Of a stretch of 64,000 nucleotides of DNA, positions 38,818 through 51,976 are shown one piece after another. The stretch's first letter is position 1, and each line of letters opens with the position of its first letter. Source of the DNA: Narcine bancroftii (Eukaryota); NCBI RefSeq assembly GCF_036971445.1, contig NC_091480.1, positions 89,094,001 to 89,158,000 on the forward strand, written 5' to 3'. Position numbers and translations under genes: made by a program. The notes beneath the pieces are model-generated. The model had not been told where the DNA came from and did no database searches. It was given only the letters and a program-made list of their open reading frames with translations.

Positions 38818-38897
38818 CTCCACAGTATGGAGCTGAATGAAATCAAAAGCCGTGTAACCGATAAGACCAGTTATTAAAATTAGAGAGAGGAAACTCC
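38818..38897 (-). other. Candidate exon: 80 nt (GSFLSLILITGLIGYTAFDFIQLHTVE, hydrophobic) or 15 nt (38818-38832)
   Basis: Donor GAG|gtaagt; acceptors gttttcttctag or ttttgatttcattcag. Confidence 0.35.
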
Positions 38898-39218
38898 CTA
38901 GAAGAAAACATATGTGCTAACATTGATCTTTTTTGAAAAATTTAATAATGCAGAAGATGATTGAGGATAGGCTCTTTGGTAATTGTTCTGACTGGCTTCC
39001 AGTGTAGGCAGGTACAATATTATCTTTTAAGAAAAAATTGGATGGTGATATGGATGGAATGGTATGGAGGATTATGGGCCGAGAGCAGGTCAGTGGGACG
39101 AGGAGAGTGTAAGAGTTTCGGCACGGACTAGAAGGGACATAATGGCCTGTTTCCGTGCTGTAATTGTTATATGGTTATATGGTTATATAATGGTTATATG
39201 GTTATATGGTTATATATA

Positions 39219-40288
39219 ATGGATGGCAGTCTCTTCAATCTGAGGCGCCTGCAAGCTCACACCAAGACACAAGAGAAACTTGTCCGTGAACTACTCTTTT
39301 CAGACGATGCCGCTTTAGTTGCCCATTCAGAGCCAGCTCTTCAGCGCTTGACGTCCTGCTTTGCGGAAACTGCCAAAATGTTTGGCCTGGAAGTCAGCCT
39401 GAAGAAAACTGAGGTCCTCCATCAGCCAGCTCCCCACCATGACTACCAGCCCCCCCACATCTCCATCGGGCACATAAAACTCAAAACGGTCAACCAGTTT
39501 ACCTATCTCGGCTGCACCATTTCATCAGATGCAAGGATCGACAATGAGATAGACAACAGACTCACCAAGGCAAATAGTGCCTTTGGAAGACTACACAAGA
39601 GAGTCTGGAAAAACAACCAACTGAAAAACCTCACAAAGATAAGCGTATACAGAGCCGTTGTCATACCCACACTCCTGTTCGGCTCCGAATCATGGGTCCT
39701 CTACCGGCACCACCTACGGCTCCTAGAACGCTTCCACCAGCGTTGTCTCCGCTCCATCCTCAACATCCATTGGAACGCTTTCATCCCTAACGTCGAAGTA
39801 CTCGAGATGGCAGAGGTCGACAGCATCGAGTCCACGCTGCTGAAGATCCAGCTGCGCTGGATGGGTCACATCTCCAGAATGGAGGACCATCGCCTTCCCA
39901 AGATCGTGTTCTATGGCGAGCTCTCCACTGGCCACCGTGACAGAGGTGCACCAAAGAAAAGGTACAAGGACTGCCTAAAGAAATCTCTTGGTGCCTGCCA
40001 CATTGACCACCGCCAGTGGGCTGATAACGCCTCAAACCGTGCATCTTGGCGCCTCACAGTTTTGCGGGCAGCAACCTCCTTTGAAGAAGACTGCAGAGCC
40101 CACCTCACTGACAAAAGGCAAAGGAGGAAAAACCCAACACCCAACCCCAACCAACCAATTTTCCCCTGCCACCGCTGCAACCGTGTCTGCCTGTCCCGCA
40201 TCGGACTTGTCAGCCACAAACGAGCCTGCAGCTGACGTGGACTTTTTACCCCCTCCATAAATCTTCGTCCGCGAAGCCAAGCCAAAGA
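39219..40288 (+). mobile_element. RTE-clade LINE, 5'-truncated, uninterrupted RT C-terminal ORF
   Basis: ORF to 40235 with ELLFSDDAAL, FTYLG, W.GH..RM..RLPK and terminal CxxC..H; inserted in a (ttatatgg)n CR1 tail with the repeat duplicated on both sides. Confidence 0.95.
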
Positions 40289-41632
40289 ATATGGTTATAG
40301 GAGCTCATCCATATGTAGGGGTCTCCACGGTTGGGACTTGCCTGTATGCCACTGTGCCAAAGTTGCTTCTGTGCCATTCTAAGATTAAGAAAGTGAAGGG
40401 GAACATTGTACTTGAACATTCAGAAGTCAAGTGGATGGAATCAATGGAACATAAATATAGAATCTTTTTACAAAACTTGACAAACTTAAAAGATTATTCA
40501 ACCTGCATGCTCCTCTGTCCTCCTGAGAGGTTCAGACAAATATTGGCCAGAGAACAATTATGTGCTTTTCGTCACTTTGGTCTTCTGGGATTCAGTTGAG
40601 GTTGCTTGAACATAGCTGAAATCTAACCTTTTATTTAAAAAAAAACGGTTCAGGAAAGCAATCTGAGCCTTGCAAATCCAGCCTCAGTCACACAATCTTC
40701 GAATACTGTTTTGTTTTGCTTTTTTCAAATTATATATATTTTTTGATTCTTGGATGGATAACTCCTGCAGTGCAAAACAGAATGGCAGCATGGATTATTA
40801 CTGTATGTTCTACCCTGGGGGTGTTTTCTTTTAAAAGATAAAATTTGGGGAATGCACTTTTTACTTCCCTTGGAACAATTACCAGAATATATAGCAACTT
40901 GACCTTAATCCCCAAACATGGTTTTGAACCATTATTACTTAGTTCTATTTAACATTGAATGTAAATTGCTTCCTCTGTGGCTGTCTAAGTAGCATGGGAC
41001 ATAAATCCCTATAATGTGTGCCATAATGATAGATAATGTAAGCTATTATAAGGGATTTAAATTCTTTCGAGTCAAAAAAGTAAATGATATTGCAGAGTTA
41101 AAATGAAGGTTTGTTAACCAGGTTTTGAGTTTTGCTCTTAATTTTAGTCAATTCTAAATGAAACAAAAGAGTAAATTCTATCAGGTTATTGACACGTCTC
41201 CTTTTCGCAGTTCTATTGATTTTTTTTTTATGAGAAGCTGTGTGCAAGATAATTTCCCAGAAGGAATCCTCGTCTGCGATGCCATTCTTCTTGTTGCCTC
41301 TCATCTAAAAATGTGCCTACTTCTGTCATTTGTGTATTTTGCTGTTGGAGGCTGGACTGTGACTATGCTATATCACGGAGAATCACGTATGAATAATGGA
41401 TATGTACAGCTCACAAGGCATGCAAGAAACAGTAATGCATTTTGACATGGATAACAGCTTCTGAATCAATGCGCTGTGGATTCAAGAACAAGGACATATA
41501 ATTTAAGGCGACTCTGCAACATAGCAGTGAGGAATTGTTTCATTACTGGATGGATAAGAGCTACTTGTTAAATAAATACTAGTTTGGCCAGGTACAAGAC
41601 TTAAAATGTTAATGCAATCATGGTGTTATGAC

Positions 41633-41648
41633 CCACCAGAGGGAGCTA
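41633..41648 (+). promoter_or_regulatory. CTCF-like motif (CCACCAGAGGGAGCTA)
   Basis: Close match to the CTCF core consensus; in unique sequence. Confidence 0.4.
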
Positions 41649-42364
41649 GATTGTTCCTATTTCTTTAAAATGTGCTCTGTTCATTTCCATAACCAGGTAA
41701 CACAGAAACTTATTTGGAGCACAGTCCTATCATATTTCCCAGAGCTTGTGTATACAAATAGGATCGGACAAACCACTGAAATTGCAATGCCAAAGAGAGA
41801 TGTGAGATGCAAAAGCCTAAAGAAAATGTCAAGAGAAGCATTTGAAAAATATATCATAAATCTCATAAGACAATATTAAAAATCAAACTTCATAAAAGTT
41901 AAAATTTTTAATGGAAACAGAGAATAATCAGGAGGTTCAGGCAACATCAATGAAAAAATAAAATAGTCAACATGTCACATTTAAAGCACTTCTCAGAGTT
42001 CATGTTAAAACTGGTAAGTTTTTAATGTTAATTTGCCGCAAAATACCAAGTTCAGTGACAAGGGTTCTTCTATGAGCAGTCTAATAGGTTACAACTAACA
42101 TTCACACAAATAGAGAGGGTAGGGTTGAAAAATGAAAATAAATTAGCACCAAGCAATGGGGTTCATTCAAGAGCCTGATGACTGCGGGAAGAAACTATCC
42201 CTGGGCAAGTTGGTGTCTGCTTTCACTCTCTTAAACCTTCTTCTCAATGGGAGGAGGAAAAAGAGAGTGTGTCTGGGGTATGATGGGCTCTTCAATATGT
42301 TGATTGCTTTTCTTGTGCAATGGGAGATGTAGAGAGGGGAAGGAAGTTTTCATTATATTCTGAG

Positions 42365-42934
42365 CAGTGGCAGATTAACTACTCTTGGGCCCCTAGGCTG
42401 AGGTTTAGTAAGCCAGCCCCCACCCATCTGAACTTGCTGCCCTGCCCCACCATTCATTGAATAGATAAAAGTGATGTCCAAAGTGGTCAATATCAATGCC
42501 TGGGAGTTGTGACTATTCAAGAGGTCAGAAATTACTAGAGGGTCAAAAATGGGGGAGGGGGTGGTGATAAATGCCAGGGGTCAATTGAACTTTTGGAGTT
42601 GAAAGAATTGTAGAGCTCAAGGTCCCACTCCTGCCGGGAGCCCAGCGTCTCCCCTCCTGCTGGGAGCCCGAGATCCCCATTCCTGCTGGGAGCCTGAGGT
42701 CTCCATTCCTGCTGGGAGCCTGAGGGTCCTCATTCCTGCTGGGAGCCCAAGGTCCCCACTCCTGCTGGGAGCCCAAGGTCCCTATTTCTGCTGAGAGCCC
42801 AAGTTCTCCACTCCTGCCAGGTGCCTGTGGTTCCACTCCTGCCAGGAGCCCAAGGTCCTGCTACTGCCCGGAACCCCTTCCCTTCCGGACCCCTTGGCTT
42901 GAGCCTACTCAGCCTAATGATTAATCCACCACTG
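42365..42934. mobile_element. hAT-type MITE with internal ~26-bp degenerate minisatellite (42615-42870), nested in a Rex1 fragment
   Basis: TIRs cagtggcagattaa / ttaatccaccactg; degenerate 8-bp TSD attctgag/gttcttag; units ctcctgctgggagcccaaggtcccca. Confidence 0.7.
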
Positions 42935-43529
42935 GTTCTTAGCTGCATTCGCAACCTTCTTCAAATCTTGAGCCGAGCAGCTCCCATACCACACTGTGAC
43001 GCATTCAAGCAAGTATAATTTTAATAGTGCATTTGATGGAAGATGTTGAGGGACAAGGGGGCCATTCCAAATTTACTTAATCTTCTGTGAAAGTAAAAGC
43101 ACTGTTGGATTTTCTTGACTGTTGCATTACTGTGTTTGTCCCAGATGAGGTCATTACTTCAAAAGCTTTGAACAAAAGAGAATATATCATTAAACTGATT
43201 TTATAGAGGGGCTTCACTTCTATTAAGGATCTAGGCAGTCAGTGAACTCAAAACAAAAAGGGCTCATTGAACTCAGTTACATTCCTTCTTTTCTTCTTAA
43301 ACAGAAAGTTTTAAAGTCACGGCAAACACAAGTTTCTTATTTCCAGCAGAGCTTTTGTGATCAATTCTGCCAAAAAATATATTGGATGTGGTTCAGAATT
43401 TACAATGGTTGCAGATTGAAAAAACTTGGTAAGTATATATTCCAATGTTTATTTAACAATTGTACAGAAGTAAAAGGTAAAAAGGCTTTGAACAAAAGAT
43501 AGTACATCTCTAAACTGTGGTTATCCCAA

Positions 43530-44176
43530 CGTGCACTTGGAAGTGGCTCTAAAGGTTGTCGTAGCCGAAGGGAGGTAGTGGGGATGAGCTCCCCCTGCTG
43601 CACAAATGCATGCAGTGCATCCCAAACAGCCTCTGACAACCAAGTCGAACTCCTGGCCTTCACGTGTGGCAGAGTTCTTATGCCAGGCAGAGCTGTTCTC
43701 ACTGACAGGAGAAGGGGTAAAGGCCACTGATGCCTTGAAACCAGTTGCTCTGGGCAGATGGAGCTCATTAACCTTGGATGGTAACTTATCTAGGAGAGGG
43801 AAAATACCGGTTTCAAACCTCCACTGCCTTGTGGCTATACCCACTCATGGGAAAGACTTTGGAATAAACCCCGACTTTGGAATAAATCCAGAATCGAAAT
43901 CGCGAAGGTGGTTGACTGCTGTACCCAGCAACAGCACGGCCACTCCTGCTATGCTGCTGGTTCCAAACTGTATTGACTTTCATCATTCCTTTGGACTTGG
44001 TGGGGGGGGGGGAGGGTCCCACTGCATGGTCAACATGGACTCCATATCAACTCTGCTCTGGTTTGTGCCCTGGAGAGGCCACTCCAGCTGCACTTTATAG
44101 CGTCAAACAAACCAGTGACTACCAGAGATGCACTACCCATGGTCGACCACGACCAGCAGAGACCAAGAAAATGTAG
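43530..44176 (+). mobile_element. Non-coding interspersed element, possibly an RTE-related non-autonomous element or 5' UTR
   Basis: Second copy at 25850; GC-richer than the flanks; no credible ORF. The classification is inference. Confidence 0.5.
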
Positions 44177-44337
44177 ATCATACTGAGCTCAATATAATGA
44201 AATAAAGAAAGCATTTTGCGCCATTTCTTTTCTGAAAAATCATGTAAGTGTTCTTATTGTGTCCCAGATTGACTTGACATATACAAATGAACTTTTCTTT
44301 AAAACCTATAATATAATATAATAATATAATAAAACCT

Positions 44338-46066
44338 ATCCCCCCAGAGGTCTGGAAGGCTGGCGGAAAAACTCTGCATGTCAAACTGCATGAGTTTTTC
44401 AAGCTTTGTTGGGTCCAAGGAAAACTGCCTCAGGACCTTCGTGATGCCGCCATCATCACCCTGTACAAAAACAAAGGCGAGAAATCAGACTGCTCAAACT
44501 ACAGGGGAATCACGCTGCTCTCCATTGCAGGCAAAATCTTCGCTAGGATTCTCCTAAATAGAATAATACCTAGTGTCACCGAGAATATTCTCCCAGAATC
44601 ACAGTGCGGCTTTCGTACAAACAGAGGAACTACTGACATGGTCTTTGCCCTCAGACAGCTCCAAGAAAAGTGCAGAGAACAAAACAAAGGACTCTACATC
44701 ACCTTTGTTGACCTCACCAAAGCCTTCGACACCGTGAGCAGGAAAGGGCTTGGGCAAATACTAGAGCGCATCGGATGCCCCCCAAAGTTCCTCAACATGA
44801 TTATCCAACTGCACGAAAACCAACAAGGTCGGGTCAGATACAGCAATGAGCTCTCTGAACCCTTCTCCATTAACAATGGCGTGAAGCAAGGCTGTGTTCT
44901 CGCACCAACCCTCTTTTCAATCTTCTTCAGCATGATGCTGAACCAAGCCATGAAAGACCTCAACAATGAAGACGCTGTTTACATCCGGTACCGCATGGAT
45001 GGCAGTCTCTTCAATCTGAGGCGCCTGCAAGCTCACACCAAGACACAAGAGAAACTTGTCCGTGAACTACTCTTTGCAGACGATGCCGCTTTAGTTGCCC
45101 ATTCAGAGCCAGCTCTTCAGCGCTTGACGTCCTGTTTTGCGGAAACTGCCAAAATGTTTGGCCTGGAAGTCAGCCTGAAGAAAACTGAGGTCCTCCATCA
45201 GCCAGCTCCCCACCATGACTACCAGCCCCCCCACATCTCCATCGGACACACAAAACTCAAAACGGTCAACCAGTTTACCTATCTCGGCTGCACCATTTTA
45301 TCAGATGCAAGGATCGACAACGAGATAGACAACAGACTCGCCAAGGCAAATAGCGCCTTTGGAAGACTACACAAAAGAGTCTGGAAAAACAACCAACTGA
45401 AAAACCTCACAAAGATAAGCGTATACAGAGCCGTTGTCATACCCACACTCCTGTTCGGCTCCGAATCATGGGTCCTCTACCGGCATCACCTACAGCTCCT
45501 AGAACGCTTCCACCAGCGTTGTCTCCGCTCCATCCTCAACATCCATTGGAGCGCTTTCATCCCTAACGTCGAAGTACTCGAGATGGCAGAGGTCGACAGC
45601 ATCGAGTCCACGCTGCTGAAGATCCAGCTGCACTGGATGGGTCACGTCTCCAGAATGGAGGACCATCGCCTTCCCAAGATCGTGTTATATGGCGAGCTCT
45701 CCACTGGCCACCGTGACAGAGGTGCACCAAAGAAAAGGTACAAGGACGGCCTAAAGAAATCTCTTGGTGCCTGCCACATTGACCACCGCCAGTGGGCTGA
45801 TATCGCCTCAAACCATGCATCTTGGCGCCTCACAGTTGGCGGGCAGCAACCTCCTTTGAAGAAGATCGCAGAGCCCACCTCACTGACAAAAGGCAAAGGA
45901 GGAAAAACCCAACACCCAACCCCAACCAACCAATTTTCCCCTGCAACCGCTGCAACCGTGTCTGCCTGTCCCGCATCGGACTTGTCAGCCACAAACGAGC
46001 CTGCAGCTGACGTGTACATTTACCCCCTCCATAAATCTTCGTCCGCGAAGCCAAGCCAAAGAGAAG
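44338..46066 (+). mobile_element. RTE-clade LINE with the RT domain essentially complete, 5'-truncated, one frameshift near 45835
   Basis: NYRGITLLS, QCGFR, FVDLTKAFDTV, GVKQGCVLAPTLF and LFADD motifs; 3' UTR matches the other copies. Confidence 0.97.
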
Positions 46067-47792
46067 ATAATAGAATTGACAGGACAGTAGTGATAAAGGT
46101 TTTCAGTTCTGGTCGAGAGAGTGTAGTTCTGAAGTGAACCATGGAGAATAAAAGGGAATAAAACAAGCAGTTCCTTACATTCAAATCCTACCTCAGTTCT
46201 GATAAAAAGATGTTTAAAAATTAGACACCTGGTTAGAATTTATGAGATCCAACGAGAAAACCTTGGGTGATAACACTTAGGTGGGAAAGTGGGGAGGACA
46301 TGAGCACATTGTAAGAGGATGCAGGCTGACAAAGTGGCTGGGTAGGATAAAATTATTCACTTCATAGGATAATAGAAGGGCCCAGAAGTTCACTTGCTTC
46401 CAAATGGAAATGTTAAAACAGCCTTGGTTTTTTTTTGCAAAAGATGCCAAAAGGTTTCAATTGAAGGGTTGGCTTATGGAAACTGGTTCATCAAATGAAA
46501 GCCTCCAGTGCAAGTTTTGGCAGCTGCCAGCAGTTAGTCATGGTGCTGTGACATTGTGATTTTGGCACTTAAAAGGACCATACAAACTCACACTCACCAC
46601 TGCTATAAAAGTCACCTTTATTGTCATCTGGTTGCACAAGTACAGCCAGACGAAACAGCGTTCTTGGTGCAAAACACGCAGACGCAAAGCCAGCTCTAAT
46701 ACTCGTATAGACAAACAATACACATGCCGAACAAGTCGTCACATATACAAATAAATATTGTTTCATGAATAGGAGAGTCTCCGGTGGTTAGTGCGAGCAG
46801 TTCCTTTGTTCATTCAGCATTCTCACTGCCCGTGGGAAGAAGCTGCTCCTCAGCCTGGTGGTGCTGGCTCCAATCCTCCTGTATCTCTTTCCCAATGGGT
46901 TCAGCTGAAAGATGATGTGTGCGGGGTGGAAGGGGCCCTCGATGATTTTGCACATTCTCTTCAGGCAACGATCCCAGTAGATCACGCTGATGGGGGGGGG
47001 GGGGGGGGGGAGGGGCCAAGGGAGAACCCAGTGATCCTCTCTGCCATTCTTATGGTCCTGTGGATCGTCCTCCTATCCATTTCTCTGCAGCAACCATGCC
47101 AAAAGGCAAAAATAGTTAGCAGAACGACAAAATATAGGAGTGAGCAAGACTCAAACAATAAAGATGCTGGAAGGATCAAACAACTTGTAGCTGGAAGAAC
47201 TCGGTGGTTCAGGTAGCATCTGTGGAAGGAAAGAGACAGTCAATGTTTCAGGGATCTCAGCCCAAAGTATTGACTAAATAAGTGAGACCCTTGCTTCCTG
47301 GATGGAAAACATGAAAGTAGATCATGTTGAGCACAACACGATGCAATAAGAAAAGCATTTTGCTTGCCTGAAATTCATATATACATTCTTATCGTGCCCC
47401 CTGTTTTTGACATCTATTAATGAAAAAATACATACACATTTATTAAAAAAATGAAGGAATAAGAAAATTTATGATTCTGAGAAATGCAGAGTAGTTATTG
47501 TTGAAGATGTCTGGTTCTGATCCAAGCAGGGCAGTGCAGTGTTGGTAAAGTTAAAACAGGGGAATTCCAGACAAAGTTACGATGGAGATTAGGTAAATAT
47601 CTTGAAAGACATTATCGTCTACTTGTGCTCTATTTCTTCTGTCCTACATCTTGCTCAGATCAATTTCAACTGCGACATTGGGCCAGGGTCTCAATCGTTC
47701 TCCCCCCCGCACCCCCCCCCCCAACACCATGCCCTAATCCCCTCCTCTACAGTTTGCCTCACTCAAGGACTAGCAGCCACGTTGACAAATTA

Positions 47793-48177
47793 CAGAATAA
47801 TCCCTGTTATCTGGAATTCAAACAACCAGCCAAAATAAATCACAGAAAAGGAATAGGTAAAAAAAATGAAAATTTAACCCTTTGGGAGCCATGTCCCTGT
47901 TTTCAGGGATTACCAACAAGCATGTATACCCCATGTCCTCGCTTTCTGGGACTGGTTTTATACCCAACCGCCAGCTGGTTCATACTGCAGTTTACCCATG
48001 GACCTGAACCAGAGTAAATATAAAGAAATGTGAAAAATAGCTGGAGTCCAAAGGGTTAAAATTGGTACGTCTCACCACTATATTGCCAATCGCACAACCT
48101 GCAATCTCAAGCAACCGGAAATTTCACATATGGCATCTATCAATCCCAGTGGGTGCCGAATACCAGGGGTTTTACTG
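47793..48177. mobile_element. Tigger/mariner-like MITE
   Basis: TA-flanked CAG...CTG termini; end ccgaataccaggggttttactg shared with 54477-54692. Confidence 0.7.
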
Positions 48178-48699
48178 TATAAAGCATTACAATTCTCTCC
48201 AGAAATTGCCTCTCTTCTTCTCTCTCCTTCTAATTAATTCTAATATCACTGTGGCTAATTGTGTCTGTAAACACCTTCACTAAATTATTTGGATGATTTT
48301 GGTGGTGTGTATATGCACCCAACTAGCTATTCCTTTGCATTTCACTTCCATTCATGCAGGCTCCACATTAACTACACTTCACCACAAAAAGTTTTGCTCC
48401 ATTTTGTGCAAATAGATCTTCGGTGTGTGATATTTGTAGAAATGTGTGGTTAGAAAACAGAGAGCAACAGTAAATACTTGGAAGTCTCAGGATATGTAAA
48501 ATGTATCTTTATTGTTTCAGAATATGTAAAATGTAAAATGCATCTTTATCATTTGTCCAATTGTGTTTGGTGGGGGCCCGCTGACCAGCTGGGGCTCCAG
48601 GTGCAGGGTGCAAGAGCTGCAGGTCGCCCTGCGGGTTCTGAACTGCCCCCACGAGTTCCTTACTTGAGAGTTGGAGGTACCGGTACCTCACGGTTACAC

Positions 48700-48932
48700 C
48701 TGGTACTGCACGGATGGCAGTCTCTTCAATCTGAGGTGCTTGAAAGCTCACACCAAGACACAAGAGCAACTTGTCCGTGAACTACTCTTTGCAGACGATG
48801 CCGCTTTAGTTGCCCATTCAGAACCAGCTCTCCTGCGCATGACATCCTGTTTTGCGGAAACTGCCAAAATGTTTGGCCTGGAAGTTAGCCTGAAGAAAAC
48901 TGAGGTCCTCCATCAGCCAGCTCTCCACCATG
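48700..48932 (+). mobile_element. RTE internal fragment (diverged subfamily)
   Basis: DGSLFNLRCLKAHTKTQEQLVRELLFADDAAL; lacks the 3' end. Confidence 0.9.
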
Positions 48933-49203
48933 AAAGAAGAATTTGTACAATTATTTGTTTTAATATTGATACTGTTAACAATCTAGCTTGGAAAAGAGTC
49001 ACCATTTTCGTTTCAGTTAAATAGTACTCAAAAGCTCCTGCTGGCTTTGACAATCTTACAAACCCACTTGTCTGGTCTGGATCTAACAATAAATCAGAAT
49101 CGGAATTAGAATTTATTGTCATGGACAAGTCATGAAATTCAGTGTTTGCGGCAGCGTCATGGAGCAAACATTCATATTCTAACCATCTTACAAAATTACT
49201 ATA

Positions 49204-49905
49204 TCTTCTTTGGCTTGGCTTCGCGGATGAAGATTTATGGAGGGGTATGTCCACGTCTGCTGCAGGCTCGTTGGTGACTGACAAGTCCGATGCGGGACAG
49301 GCAGGCACAGTTGCAGCGGTTGCAGGGGAAAATTGGTTGGTTGGGGTTGGGTGTTGGGGTTTTCCTCCTTTGTCTTTTGTCAGTGAGGTGGGCTCTGCGG
49401 TCTTCTTCAAAGGAGGTTGCTTCCCGCTGAACTGTGAGGCACCAAGATGTACGGTTGGAGGCGATATCAGCCCACTGGTGGTAGTCAATGTGGCAGGCAC
49501 CAAGAGATTTCTTTAAGCAGTCCTTGTACCTCTTCTTTGGTGAACCTCTGTCTCGGAGGCCAGTGGAGAGCTCGCCATATAACACGATCTTGGGAAGGTG
49601 ATGGTCCACCATTCTGGAGACGTGACCCACCCAGCATAGTTGGGTCTTCAGCAGCATGGATTCGATGCTTGCAGACTCTGCCAGCTCGAGTACTTCAATG
49701 TTGGTGATGAAGTCATTCCAATGAATGTTGAGGATGGAGCGGAGACAGCGCTGATGGAAGCGTTCTAGGAGCCGTAGGTGATGCCGGTAGAGGACCCATG
49801 ATTTGGAGCCAAACAGGAGCGTGGGTATGACAATGGCTCTGTACACGCTGATCTTTGTGTGTTTCTTCAGGTGGTTGTTTTTTCAGACTCTTTTGTGTTG
49901 TCTTC
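49204..49905 (-). mobile_element. RTE 3' fragment (second subfamily) nested in a Rex1 fragment
   Basis: ORF 49235-49846 is homologous to the RTE C-terminus with diagnostic changes (ITNIEVLELAESASIES). Confidence 0.93.
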
Positions 49906-51504
49906 ACCATTCAAAGTTAGGTAGTGCCTTTAGTTTATTGATCATTCAGGAATCTAATGGCAGAGGAGAAAAAGCTGTCCTCATGTTGAGTGCTCGTCTT
50001 TAGGCTCCTGAACCCTTTTCCCGATAGTAGCAGAATGAAGAGGGCATGGCCTGGGTGCTGGGGGTCTTTGAGGAGAGATGCTGCTTTCTTAAGACACCAC
50101 CTCATATAGATGACCTCGATGGAGTGTAGTCTGATGTCTGTGATGTTGCAGGCCTAGTTAAAAACCAGGCAGTGATGCAACCAGCCAGAATGCTCTCCAC
50201 GGTACACCTGTAGAAGATTACGAGAGTCTTCGGTGACATACCGAATCTCCTCAGACACCTTGCAAAGCATAGCCGATGGTGAGCCTTCTTAGTGATTGCA
50301 TCAACATGGAGGCTCCAGGACCCCTGTTAAAACCTCTGCTAGCTGTAATTCAAGCAACTGCCAAAAACATCAAGGAAAATAAATAAATAGAATTAAATAT
50401 GAATAAATAAAAATGTAATAAAAGTTTAAGATTGTAGAAGTAAATGTTCTCTGAAGTACCACATAAACCTTTGGTGAAGATGGAAGCAGATATTCAGTCC
50501 GAGGAGTGCATTGATCGTGCTTTGCTCGTTCTTGAATAAAGTTTGAATAAAGTTGTGTTTATGGTGTCGCCCAGGATGAAAAGCTGGTTGATGCTGTTCA
50601 CTGTTGGAGTGACTCTCTTAAAGGGTCTCCCTTTTCCCTGCTTGGTAGGAGTCTCTATATTTATCAGCATGTTATAAAGTATATTCGTAAACTTTGGGTG
50701 GGGGGGGAATGTTAATTACAAAGGCAGCACAGTTAGGATAGCAATTAGTTCAACCTTGTTACAGCGCCAGCAACTGGGGTTAAAATTTTAATTGTACCTT
50801 TGTAAATTACAGGAATTACCTGATTAAAGTAAACTTTACATAATTAAGGACAACAATATTGATTTTTTTTTTTCAAATTACTTTGCATTTTGTATTGTCT
50901 TTTAAACTGTTATTCTTAATGAAGGTGTATTGTATTCTCAGGCAACCAGAGAATTTGCATATCCGGCATCTACTAGTCCCCAGAGATGCCACTTCCAGAA
51001 AGTTAGCTGTTATGATTGATTGTGTAGGCCTAAAGATCCAAAACTCCCACATATAGACTTTATTCACCCAGCTGCTGTAAAGTGCCTCCAAATTCTTCAA
51101 AGAAGAATAGGGAAACCCCTGCTCTCCTCCCTCACCTAAAAACAACCAGGATTAAAATAGTGTCTTGACCTGGTATCACCATGTGCTGTGTTAAATTGCA
51201 GTGGAATCCCACAGAAATTAGGCCGGAAGTTTGTTGTTGATTTTCAGCACCTAAATCTTTAGCTTGTCTTATTATGAAGGAAGAGTATATAAATTCCAAA
51301 AAACTGTAAATTTCATCAACTTCATAATGGAAATCTAATGAAATACTGTGGAAAATTTATATTAGACATGGAATTCTAAGGTGGTGGAAATAACTGGATC
51401 AAAAACAAAGTATAGAATAATTTTTACAAAAAGTTCATGGTGTTGAAAAGGAGCTGACTCATGCAGCTGTAGATTTGATCTTAATTTAGAGCGTAGGTTT
51501 AAAA

Positions 51505-51976
51505 CAATGGTACTCAACCTTTTTTTTCCACTCACATATCACTAAGTATTCCCTATGCCATATTCTGTGATCAGTAAGGGATTGCTTAAGATGGTATGTG
51601 GGAGGAAAGAAAATGTTTGAAAACCACAGTTTTAATCGTACCTAATTGACTCGTTATGTGCACAGTTTCAGAACTCCAAAGGAAATGGGCCAATGACAAT
51701 TTTTCTCAAGGAAAATATTTCAGTAACAATTGGGTCTAGAGCAGTGATTCTCAGCCTTCCCTTCCCACTCAAATACCACCCTAAGCAATCCCTTACTAAT
51801 CACAGAGCCTAGGGATGGTATAGAGATTTCTTAAAGTGATATGTGAGTGTCCCGCATCGGACTTGTCAGCCACAAACGAGCCTGCGGCTGACGTGGACAT
51901 TTACCCCTCCATAAATCTTCGTCATCGAAGCCAAGCCAAAGAGATGTGAGTGGAAAGAAAATGGTTGAGAACATTG
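51505..51976. mobile_element. hAT MITE containing an RTE 3' tail (51849-51943); partial related copy at ~60145-60380
   Basis: TIRs caatggtactcaacc / ggttgagaacattg; TSD gtttaaaa/gtttaaag; the RTE tail is flanked by duplicated atgtgagtg. Confidence 0.8.

Noticed and set aside
39723-40285. Antisense and alternative-frame ORFs recurring at each RTE copy
   Set aside because: Shadows of the GC-richer RTE coding sequence.
42543-43018. Gly/Pro-rich ORFs
   Set aside because: Derived from the minisatellite inside a hAT MITE.
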